A stretch of 64,000 nt of DNA from Mobula hypostoma (lineage: Eukaryota). Positions 36,201 to 44,400 of the stretch are shown here, piece after piece. How positions within the stretch are numbered: position 1 is the first letter of the stretch; each line of letters begins with the position of its first letter. The DNA lies in NCBI RefSeq assembly GCF_963921235.1, contig NC_086128.1, positions 26,722,001 through 26,786,000 of the forward strand, given 5' to 3'. A model generated the notes under the pieces. The model was not told where the DNA came from. It saw only the letters and a program-made list of their open reading frames with translations, and made no database searches. Made by a program: the position numbers and the translations under genes.

Positions 36201-38783
36201 AGAAATTCCTCCCTCATCTCTGTTCTAAATAAATGTCCTTGTATTCTGAGGCTGTGCCCTTTGGTGCAAGACTCCCCCACTATAGGAAATATCCTCTCCA
36301 CATACACTTTATCTAGGCCTTTCAATATTAAATAGGTTTCAATGAGATCCGTAGAACATACAGCATTACAGCACACTACAGGACCTTTGGCTCACGATGT
36401 TGTGCCAGTCTTATAATCTACTCTAAAATCAATCTAATCCTTCTCTCCTGCATAGCTCTCTAATTTTCTATTATCCATGTCCTGATCTAAGAGCTTTTTA
36501 AATGTCCCTAATGTATCTGCTTCTACTACCACTCCTGGCACTATGGGTTAAAAACTACCTCGGCCACACCCCCCGATACCTTCCTCCAATCACCTTAAAA
36601 TGATGCTCCCTCATATTGGCCATTTCCACCCTGGGACAAGGTCTCTGGCTATCCACAAGATCTATGCCTCTTATCATTTTGTACACCTCCACCAAATCTC
36701 TTCCCTTGCTTCCTGTAGGAACCTTGGGTATATCCCATCTGGCCCTGGGAACTTATCTATCGTAATGTTTTTCAAAAGTTCCAGCACATCCTCTTCCTTA
36801 ATTTTGACATGTTACTAGCATATCAACTTGTTTTATGCTGTCCTCACATCAAACATCAAAGTCCCACTCAATGGTGAATACTGAAGCAAAGTAATGAGGA
36901 CTTCCCCTGTCTCCTCCGACCCCAGGCATGTTTCCTCCACTACCCCGATTGGTCCTACCCTCACTCTGGCCATCCTCCTGTTCTTCACATACGTGTAGAA
37001 CACTTTGGAGTTTTCCTTCATCCCATTCACCAAGGCCTTCTCATGTCCCCTTCTAGCTCTCCCAAGTCCAGCTCCTTCCTGGATACTTTGTAACTCTCTA
37101 GAGGGCTGCATGACCTTGGGTTCCTAAACGTTAAGTAAGCTTCTTTCTTCCTCTTGACCAGATGTTCCACATCTCTTGTCAACCATGGTTCCTTCGCCCT
37201 ACCATTCTTTCCCTGCCTCAATGGGACAAACCCACCCAGAACCTCCAGCAAGTGCCCCCTAAACAACCTCCACATTTCCGTTGTGTATTTCCCTGAGTAC
37301 ACCCATTCCCAATTTATGCTTCTCAGTTCCTGCCTAATAGCATCATAATTCCCACTGTCTGCTCCTATCTCTCTCCAAGGTTATGGTAAAAGGTCATGGA
37401 ACTGTCTCTGAAAAGCTCATCCACTGAGAGATCTGATACCTGACCTGCTTCACTGCCTAACACCAGGTCCAATATGGCCCCTCCTCTAGGTGGCCTGTCT
37501 GTGTATTGTGTCAGGAATCCTTTCTGGATATACCTAACAAATTCCACCTCGTCTAAACCTTTGGCAATAAGGAGTTGTCGATAAATATTAGGGAAGTTGA
37601 AATCACCCTTGACAACAATCCTGTTTTTTTTTGCTTTGCACCTTTCCAAAATCTGCCGCCCGATCTATTCCTCAGCGTCTCTTGTTACTATTGGGGCAGG
37701 AGGGTGGGTCTATAGAATACTCCCAATAGAGTGATTGCTCCCTTCCCATTTCTGACTTGCACCTACACTGACTCATTAGATGATCCCTCTACAACATCCT
37801 CCCTTTTTGCAGCTGTGATACTATCCCTGATTAGCAATTCCACTCCCCCCACCTCTTATCTCCCTCTCAATCCCTTTAATCCCCGGAGCATCCAGCAGCC
37901 ATTCCTGCCCTGTGACAGCCAAGTCTCCACACTGGCCACAGCATCATAGTTCCATGTACTAAGTTCATCATCCTTGGTCCTGATACTACTTCTATTAAAA
38001 TAGACACACTTCAACTGATCCCCACTGACTGAAGTTTTGGACTACCAACTTTCTATCCTTCCTGACAGTCTCTCTACATGCTGCATCTACCTGTACACCA
38101 ACAGCTCCATCCTCTGACCTATCACTCTGGTTCCCATCCCCCTACCAACAGCTCTTACAAATCTGCCCACAGGGATATTGGTTCCCCTCAAATTCAGGGG
38201 TAATCTGTCACTTTTCTACAGGTCATAACTTCCAATGATCCACAAATCTGAAACCCTGTCCCCCACACTAATTCCTTAGCATTCTTCTAAACTCCAGTGA
38301 GTACATGTCCAGAGCCATCAAAGACTCAAACATTAACCCTTTCATTCCTGTTATCATTCTTGTAAAACATCCCCTGGACCCTCTCTAATGCCTGTACACT
38401 AGGGGCCGAAAACTGCTCTCAATACTCCAAGTGTGGTATAAGGCCTCAGCATTAAATCCTTACTTTTAAATTGGTCCTTTCTAATATGCTGTACAGCTGC
38501 ATGTATCTGACAGCCCCCTGATGGGTTAAATCAGGGGCTGGTGGGAGGAGTCTTGCAGGGCTGTGGGGCACGAGCGTGACAGTGGGGGTTGTTTCATTCA
38601 GCGGGCAGGATAAGATTGGCAATAAGCACAAACTGGTTCTTGCATCTTTCTCCCCACCAGGTCTACCCAGATACAGACCACTTCTTCCGGACAGAGGGAA
38701 ACAGTCGTCACCTCCAGAAAACCATCGTCAGATTCTTCCAAGACTGCTTAACCAGCAGTGGGAAGAGAGCCAAGGAGGTGTAG
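2926..38783 (+). CDS. Inactive dipeptidyl peptidase 10/6-like type II membrane protein (Kv4 auxiliary subunit family), whole spliced gene, ~789 aa
   Basis: join(2926-3009 candidate,3117-3234,4692-4787,6518-6612,7144-7218,8453-8505,10100-10181,14343-14463,14971-15125,15318-15415,15735-15858,16369-16407,16730-16837,17221-17312,17986-18033,18494-18612,19503-19550,19865-19963,22193-22259,22639-22803,23162-23216,25383-25482,27772-27830,29363-29435,29972-30045,38661-38783). All introns GT-AG with compatible phases. Exons 2-26 total 2286 nt with no internal stop. Family motifs: [13 protein letters not shown] (TM), [63 protein letters not shown]. Confidence 0.93.
3117..3234 (+). CDS. DPP10/6-like exon 2 (juxtamembrane region + TM helix)
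   Basis: tgtag|[39 protein letters not shown]|gtaac. Confidence 0.93.
4692..4787 (+). CDS. DPP10/6-like exon 3
   Basis: [32 protein letters not shown]; cag/gtgagt. Confidence 0.92.
4902..6419 (+). repeat. 52-bp minisatellite array (~29 units)
   Basis: Unit gggagtgtgtgatgggacagtgtggagggagattcactctgtgtctgaccct, head-to-tail. Confidence 0.97.
6518..6612 (+). CDS. DPP10/6-like exon 4
   Basis: [32 protein letters not shown]; cag/gtaagt. Confidence 0.92.
6813..6918. mobile_element. Miniature hairpin version of the same foldback family
   Basis: caacacacgcaggatgctggaagaactt...gagttcctccagcattctgcgtgtgagttg is self-complementary. Confidence 0.75.
7144..7218 (+). CDS. DPP10/6-like exon 5
   Basis: [25 protein letters not shown]; cag/gtagg. 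Confidence 0.92.
7358..7967 (+). repeat. 52-bp minisatellite array (~11-12 units)
   Basis: Same unit as 4902-6419. Confidence 0.97.
8453..8505 (+). CDS. DPP10/6-like exon 6
   Basis: [17 protein letters not shown]; cag/gtgagt. Confidence 0.9.
8696..10019 (+). repeat. 33-bp CpG-rich minisatellite (C-rich strand on +, ~40 units)
   Basis: Unit ctccctcctcaccgcccctcccacagcgtgacg; translates as ([11 protein letters not shown])n. Confidence 0.97.
10100..10181 (+). CDS. DPP10/6-like exon 7
   Basis: [28 protein letters not shown] (cf. DPP10 LQYAAWGVQGQQL); cag/gtgagt. Confidence 0.9.
10325..12322 (-). mobile_element. CR1 LINE remnant
   Basis: [42 protein letters not shown]. Confidence 0.9.
14343..14463 (+). 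CDS. DPP10/6-like exon 8
   Basis: [40 protein letters not shown]. Confidence 0.95.
14551..14927 (-). repeat. 33-bp minisatellite, degenerate, G-rich on +
   Basis: gtgggaggggcggtgaggagggagcgtcacgct units. Confidence 0.9.
14971..15125 (+). CDS. DPP10/6-like exon 9
   Basis: [52 protein letters not shown]. Confidence 0.95.
15318..15415 (+). CDS. DPP10/6-like exon 10
   Basis: [32 protein letters not shown]. Confidence 0.93.
15735..15858 (+). CDS. DPP10/6-like exon 11
   Basis: [41 protein letters not shown]. Confidence 0.95.
16369..16407 (+). CDS. DPP10/6-like exon 12
   Basis: [13 protein letters not shown], 39 nt; cag/gtgag. Confidence 0.9.
16730..16837 (+). CDS. DPP10/6-like exon 13
   Basis: [36 protein letters not shown]. 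Confidence 0.93.
17136..17185 (+). repeat. (CT)n microsatellite upstream of the exon 14 acceptor
   Basis: ctctctct run. Confidence 0.9.
17221..17312 (+). CDS. DPP10/6-like exon 14
   Basis: [30 protein letters not shown]; weak donor AT|gtaaaa. Confidence 0.9.
17505..17890 (+). repeat. Degenerate purine-rich tandem repeat (core ggggtcacagagacaggga)
   Basis: About ten recurrences of gtcacagaga with variable G-rich spacers. Confidence 0.75.
17986..18033 (+). CDS. DPP10/6-like exon 15
   Basis: [17 protein letters not shown]. Confidence 0.92.
18172..18412 (+). repeat. 33-bp minisatellite, degenerate, C-rich on +
   Basis: ctccctcctcaccgcccctcc units. Confidence 0.85.
18494..18612 (+). CDS. DPP10/6-like exon 16
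   Basis: [39 protein letters not shown]; family C-x2-C...C...C pattern. Confidence 0.92.
19503..19550 (+). CDS. DPP10/6-like exon 17
   Basis: [16 protein letters not shown]; cag/gtaagt. Confidence 0.9.
19865..19963 (+). CDS. DPP10/6-like exon 18
   Basis: [33 protein letters not shown]. Confidence 0.9.
20122..22024 (-). repeat. 33-bp minisatellite (~57 units), G-rich on +
   Basis: Source of the spurious 588-aa and 599-aa ORFs. Confidence 0.97.
22193..22259 (+). CDS. DPP10/6-like exon 19
   Basis: [23 protein letters not shown]. Confidence 0.92.
22639..22803 (+). CDS. DPP10/6-like exon 20 (shortened)
   Basis: [55 protein letters not shown]; donor GA|gtacgt. Confidence 0.88.
23162..23216 (+). 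CDS. DPP10/6-like exon 21
   Basis: [18 protein letters not shown]. Confidence 0.93.
23320..24360 (+). mobile_element. Rex1/Babar-type LINE remnant
   Basis: [21 protein letters not shown]; degenerate 3' tail. Confidence 0.85.
24493..25147 (-). mobile_element. CR1 LINE 3' fragment
   Basis: Similar to the CR1 3' end at 55261-55980; another tail at 25627-25965. Confidence 0.8.
25383..25482 (+). CDS. DPP10/6-like exon 22 (nucleophile elbow; Gly in place of catalytic Ser)
   Basis: [33 protein letters not shown]. Confidence 0.93.
26055..27182 (+). mobile_element. Rex1/Babar-type LINE remnant
   Basis: [32 protein letters not shown]; tail ttaaacctgattctgat. Confidence 0.9.
27208..27244 (+). repeat. 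(GT)n microsatellite
   Basis: gtgtgt run. Confidence 0.95.
27772..27830 (+). CDS. DPP10/6-like exon 23
   Basis: [20 protein letters not shown]. Confidence 0.93.
27868..29290 (-). repeat. 33-bp minisatellite (~43 units), G-rich on +
   Basis: Same unit with variant blocks recurring; a short degenerate patch also at 29536-29653. Confidence 0.96.
29363..29435 (+). CDS. DPP10/6-like exon 24
   Basis: [24 protein letters not shown]. Confidence 0.93.
29972..30045 (+). CDS. DPP10/6-like exon 25
   Basis: [25 protein letters not shown]. Confidence 0.94.
30475..32585 (-). mobile_element. Rex1/Babar-type LINE fragment split by the Tc1 insertion
   Basis: ...ctcctaatgaaaTA[Tc1]TAtagctgctgg rejoins into sequence matching the reverse complement of ~58970-59020. 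Confidence 0.8.
30821..32412 (+). mobile_element. Tc1-family DNA transposon (DD34E, long IR/DR termini), full length but transposase disrupted
   Basis: TA target duplication (30819-20 and 32413-14); ~220-bp inverted termini CAATGCCTATAAAAAGTATTCACC...GGTGAATACTTCTTCTAGGCACTG; [46 protein letters not shown]-(34)-NPIE; frameshifted into two ORFs. Confidence 0.96.
33001..33280 (+). mobile_element. tRNA-derived SINE (V-SINE/HE1-like)
   Basis: A/B-box-like head (tagtgtagcggttag...ttcaattcc) and core tgtaaggagtttgtgtgttctcccgtgactgcgtgggtttc; relatives at 33535-33820 (-), 35270-35520, 53770-53935. Confidence 0.8.
35560..38480 (-). mobile_element. Cluster of nested CR1 LINE fragments including endonuclease-domain remnants
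   Basis: [38 protein letters not shown], several CR1 3' ends. Confidence 0.85.
38661..38783 (+). CDS. DPP10/6-like terminal exon 26
   Basis: [40 protein letters not shown] (TAG). Confidence 0.93.
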   Translation, partial: VYPDTDHFFRTEGNSRHLQKTIVRFFQDCLTSSGKRAKEV

Positions 38784-39171
38784 GCATCAGTGCCCAGGGA
38801 TTGAAGCCTGGGGGACAGGGTCCCAGGAGTCAGGGCAGGAGATCCAGGCCGAGGGGGTAGGGATAGGGAATGTGCCCTTGCATGCATGGACTCAGCACCG
38901 GAATATGCCCTGGCTGACGATGGCGGCTCGGCCTGGATCATGATTACATGGATTCTTTGGTTTGTGATTTGTCTGTCGTCAATTGATTGCACCAATCTGA
39001 ATCTGATCTATATCGCCATTGATTGCACTGCTCTGACTCTGATCTATATTGTCTCATTGATCGATTACCCAGTCTGAATCTCATCACAGCAGCTTGATTT
39101 TTTTTCTCTGATTTGATTACATCAGTTTGAATCTGATGTGTTGTTTGATTGATCCCACTAGTCTGAACATG

Positions 39172-39697
39172 AACAACACACACAAAATGCTGGAGGAACT
39201 CAGCAGGCTAGGCAGCATCTATGGAAAAGAGTACAGTCGACGTTTCGGGCCGAGATCTTTTGGTAGGACTGGAGAGAGAAAAAAAGCTAAGGAGTAGATC
39301 TAAAAGGTGGGAGAGTGAAAGAAACACAAGGTGATAGGAGAAACTGGGAGGGGGCGGGATGAAGTAAAGAGCTGGGAAGTTGATTGTCTTCGTCGCCTCA
39401 GACCCAGGTCTACAGCCATGTATCCTTCCTGGGAACATATCTTTGCTGGCACAATCAACTTCCCAGCTTTTTACTTCATCCCTCCCCCTTCTGGTTTCAC
39501 CTATCACTTTGTGTTTCCCTCTCCCCTGCTCTACCTTTTAAAACTACTCATTTTTTTTCTCCAGTCCTGCCAAATGGTTTCGGCCCGAAATGTCGACTGT
39601 ACTTTTTTTTCCATAGATGCTGCCTGGCCTGCTGAGTGCCTCCAGCATTTTGTGTGTGTTGCTTGGATTTCCAGCATCTGCAGATTTTCTCTTGTTT
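39172..39697. mobile_element. Foldback element: two inverted Penelope-like terminal repeats (~215-bp arms, ~63-bp spacer)
   Basis: 39172-39387 is an imperfect reverse complement of 39451-39663; related pieces at 2500-2820, 6813-6918, 51057-51240. The Penelope assignment is inference. Confidence 0.8.
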
Positions 39698-39792
39698 ATA
39701 GTTTGCGGGTATTTGACAATGTTTAAAGTGGTGAACGAACCTCTATGCTGCTGTTAGTCGGGATTGATTAGATTATAATTACAGTAGCGATT

Positions 39793-39798
39793 ATTAAA
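39793..39798 (+). terminator. Candidate polyadenylation signal (ATTAAA) of the DPP10/6-like gene
   Basis: First AWTAAA noticed downstream of the stop at 38783. Confidence 0.4.
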
Positions 39799-41348
39799 AT
39801 GGAATTTGGCGTCTCGGCTCTGAGTGTGAATTGAGGGAGAGGAGAGAGGGGCTGTGTCTCGGATTCAGCACAGCAAGATGCCGGTGGAATTCGCTAAATC
39901 ACGTTCCACACATAGCGCAGACGTGCAGCTCAACGTCTGGTACACTCCCGGCTCACACCTTCGACTCCCATTCTCAGAAACTCTGTCCCAACAAACCAGA
40001 AAGGTAACACACAACGATACCGACAATAGACGGCGACACCAACACCAACAGAACAGCCTGTGTGTAACTCACTGCTGGCCTAACAGCGACACCCACGGGC
40101 GATACGGTCTGTATGGCCTCAACTGCCGCCCATAGTTGATTTTGTTACTGTCTGTGGGAACCAGCTGTGCATCAATCGGCCGTTCCCTTTCCCCACCATC
40201 CCGCCCCGTCGACTGTAAACAATTAGTCTTTTCCCAAACTACCAGCGTTGTTATCCACTCCCCTTGGTGAAATGATCTGCATGGATGGTGTGCCTCGATA
40301 CATGCCCAATAATAAAGTAATTTACCAATTTACAAAAGTTTTACTCTGCGCAAAGTTTACTCGGGAGGGAGGGGGAAGAACTGCAAGATTTGGCGTTACG
40401 CCGGACGACACAGGAGGGCTGAAATGGCTTCGTTCCACTGAGCGGGGACAGCACTGAAGCGAATGGGTTGAGGGCATCTTCCGAACCTTCATTTACCCCC
40501 TGCAACTACCACTTGCCCACGTAGAACTAGATGCCACGTTGGAGGGAGGGGAGGTCCTGGATACGAGGACCCTACCTCAGACGGCTGACCAACGAACAGC
40601 CTGTTGCAAGCATCAGTAGGGGAAGATCTCTTCCACTGCAAATCTGCCATCGCCACAGCTCTGGGGTACTCGCTGCTATTTTACCGGGGGGGAGGGAGAA
40701 AAGGAACCACCGACCCTTGTTTCCTGGGCAGTAACGCACTGGACCGCAGGTCTGTCTGCACCGGGAGCAGGCGGATGTTTCCAACATCTGGGAGCCATGT
40801 AGCATGTACCGAGCGTGAAACCGACAGGAACTCCGGTACCTCGCACCTACCATTGAGGTCCGCTGGGAAGTGTAACTGTCCGTAAACAGCCGGGCAAAAA
40901 AAAACCACCCCTGAACTTTGGTTTGGTTGGTCTTTTACGATTGTTTCGCGGAGTAGTTTGCTGGTGATGTTGCAGTTACTCCAGCCTCTGCAGGGTTTCC
41001 TTACCGTTAGTTTGGTATCGAGTTAGTTGCATTCGCCTATTGCACATTGTTACTTTGTATTGCAGTCAGTGTTGTTGCACTCACTATCATATTTGCCTGT
41101 TAGAGTTTGCTACTTTGTTGCACTCCCGTGCTGCAGTAGCATTCAGTATTGGTTCAGTGTTTTCTGTGAAGCGATGTTGCTATTTGTGAAGTTAGCCCTG
41201 GGATTTGTGAAGTTAGCTCCATCTCTCGGTGTTACGGAGTTCAAGGACCGAGAGCGCGCCTGTGAACTCCCACCCGCTGTAGGAGGGAATGGAGCGTCGT
41301 TGTAACGGCCTGTCCTGTCTTCCCGGTGCAGGGCCCGGACTGGACGTG

Positions 41349-41436
41349 ATGCCGATCTCCGTCTACCTGATCCTGGTCTTCGGCTCCCTCTGGGGGCCCG
41401 GCTTGGCCAGGAGATCGGCCGACCTGTATTGTGGAG
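41349..41436 (+). CDS. CNPY2: CNPY2 first coding exon
   Basis: MPISVYLILVFGSLWGPGLARRSADLYCG|gtgag; upstream acceptor at 41330-41331. Confidence 0.9.
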
Positions 41437-44400
41437 GTGAGCGACTCCACTCCCAACAAGGGGGTGGAAGAGAGGGATAGTAGAGAATTGAAAGGAGTAG
41501 AGACGAGGATGGTAGGGAGAGGGGGAGGGAGGGGTTTGGGCGGAGAGGGTTGTGGGGGGAGGGTGTGTGGGGCGGGGGAGAGACAACCATTCTTACCCCG
41601 AAGGTGTGAAGGCTCTTACCCTACTTTTGATCTGAGGTGCTGCAGCCCAGGGTGTGGGTGGGAGAAACATAGACCCTGGGTGACCAAACACAACCCATTT
41701 CCGACTCTCCAAACCTCTCTGCAGTCTGCAGGGCGCTGGTGGACGAGATGGAGTGGGAGATCTCCAGGGTGAATCCGCAGAGGATGGTGGAAACCGGAAC
41801 ATTCCGCCTGGACCCCGAGGGCAGCCCCGTGGTCACACAGGTAGGTATGGACGGGGCGTTTGCTCACAGCGCTGCATGCCCCACTTCCCCTACAACCTCC
41901 CCCAACCCTCCCTCCGCTCCATCTCCACCCCTTTCCCACCGATGGGGATTGTTTTGGGGTGGTGATGGTGTGTCGGTGTGCGGAGGATATAGAAGAATCT
42001 CACTGACTTCTTTCTCGCTTCCCCCTCTATCTGCCTCTGTCCTTTCCCTGACTCCTCGCTCTTTTCCCACTTCAGGTCCCATACAGGCATTCCGAGGAGT
42101 TCCTGTTGGAGCTTCTAGCGAGGGTGTGCGAACGGATGCTCGAGTATGGTGAACGGACGGACCCTGGCACCCTGCGGCAGACCTACCACCGGGTAGTGAC
42201 CCGGGAAGGGCACAGGGTCCCGGCCCCCGACACTCGCACCACCCAGCACGTCACCTCCAGTTTAAAGCAGGCGGTGGGTGACAGGGATGGGGGGGGGGAG
42301 AGAATGGTTGTGAGTGGACGGAGCAGTTGTTATCTGGCAGTGTGGGGCAGGGTTTAGCAAAGGGGGCAGAGAAGTGAGGGGAGGGAGCGGAGGGTGAGCG
42401 GGGAAGTTGAGCTGTGTGGGTGGGGGTGTTAGAGATGAGGGAGCAAGTAAAGGGAAAAAGGGTGGGGGAGGATGGAAGGGAGGGTACGTAATTTAAGGTG
42501 GTAGGGGAGGAAGGAAAGGTTTGCGGGGGAGGGAGAGTTATTATCGTCACCTGTACTAGTGAAAATCTTGTCTTGCATACTGTTCATACAGATCAGATCA
42601 TTACACAGTAGAACAAGGTAACAATGCAGAATAAAATGTAACGGTTATGTATACCTTAACAAAATAGGTTGTGAGGTCTGGAGTCCATCTTATGGTACAA
42701 CAGGTTCATTTGCTGGCAGTTTGGCAGGGGAGGGGAGCATCACTCTGGCAAGGTGTGTAATGGTACCCAGCCCACAGAATGCTCATCTCCCACCCTCGCC
42801 CTTACCCTGTCCCTTCCTCTTGCAGTGTGAGAAACTTGTTGAAGAATATGAGGATGAGTTCATTGAGTTCTTCTCCCGTGAGTCTAACAACGTGAAGGAC
42901 CGACTGTGCAGTAAACGGACAGGTGAGTCCCTCAGCTCACTCCTCCTCCATCAGATTACCAACAGTCCATGAACACTATTTTGCCGCCTTCTTACACATT
43001 CTTATAATTTGTAGTAATTTTGTCTTGCTCTGTATTGCTGCCACAAAACAAATTTCAGAATATGCATTCAGTGGCCACTTTATTACATACATCTGTACAC
43101 CAGCTCTTTAATACAAATATCTAATCAGCCAATCATGTGGCAGCAACTCAATGCATAAACACATGCAGACCTGGTCAAGAGGTTCAGTTGTTCAGACCAA
43201 ACATCAGAATGGGGAAGAAATGTGATCTAAGTGACTTGCCAGACAGGGTGGTTTGAGTATCTTGGAAACTGCTGATCTCCTGGGATTTTCATGCACAACA
43301 GTCTTTGGTGTTTACAGAGGATGGTGAGACATATAAAAAGCATCCAGTAAGCGGCAGCTCTGTGGGTGAAAATGCCTCGTTTATGAGAGGTTGGAGGAGA
43401 ATGGCCAGACCGGTTCAAACTGACAGTAACTCAAATAACTATGCATTACAACAGTGGTGTGCAGAAGAGCATGTCTGAACATGCAATACATTGAACCTTG
43501 AAGTTGACAGGCTACAACAGCAAAAGGCCACACCGGGTTCCACTCCTGTATCTAATAAAGTGGCTACTGAGTGTATATCAGTGATAACAAACGTGATTCT
43601 GCCTCTCTCATTCAGTGTTTCTCCATCCCTCTTCTTCTCCTCCCTCCCTGAACCTGGGTCTTTGCACCTACCCTCCTCCTCCCTCCCACGTTAGAAAACC
43701 AGAACAGAATGTGCAACCAACAAGGCAGGTAGATCATAACTGGTTTGCCCTACAGCAACCCAATCAATCCATTAGGCTCAGGGTTAGAAAGTTTATGGAT
43801 GACACCACTAAACAGATTCCATGACCTATTGTCAGTAATAATAAACCTGATTTTTAAGTATGTGTTGGACCAGAACTGAACACAATACTCTTTAAGTGTG
43901 GTCTAACCAGAGTTTTGCAGAGCTGCAACATTACCTCACAGCTCTTGAACCCAACACCCCCTCTCCCCCCAAACTAATGAAGGCCAACACCTCATAGGCC
44001 TTCTTAACCAGTCTTGAGCATCTGTGGGAAACACCTGGGAACGTGCAGACTCCATGCACAGGCAGTGCCAGAGGCTGAGATTGATCCTGGGTCACTGGAG
44101 CTGTGAACCAGCAGCTTCACCAGCTGTGCTGCCAATGTGTTCAAGGGGGAAGATAAACACCAGGTGGAGCCGGTCACTTCCGGAAGTCACAGCTGTGGGA
44201 TGCATTGTGGCCATTGAGAGGGCAGACAGGTTGTCAATTTAACAGCTCATCTGAAAGACCAGTCCTAATGCTGGGCCATGATTGTAACATTGCACCTGAA
44301 TGAAGGTTAGCATAGTGACCACCGACTCGAGTCCCCAGCATCGACCCTTATCCTTCTGTGACCCTTTTGCGGATGACACAACACCCCTCTGAGTGATCTC

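Larger units (their letters stand above)
39850..42290. promoter_or_regulatory. CpG-enriched region covering the CNPY2 5' end
   Basis: Visibly higher CpG frequency than flanking introns; not computed. Confidence 0.5.

Noticed and set aside
38769-38783. C-terminal AKEV as a PDZ-binding motif
   Set aside because: Type II topology puts the C-terminus outside the cell.
39565-39600. Functional hammerhead ribozyme
   Set aside because: The CUGANGA core is mutated in every copy seen in the window.
41289-41348. Upstream in-frame ATG extending CNPY2 (MERRCNG...)
   Set aside because: It lies before a clear acceptor at 41330-41331. The ATG at 41349 gives a normal signal peptide and an 88-nt coding exon like other CNPY2 genes.
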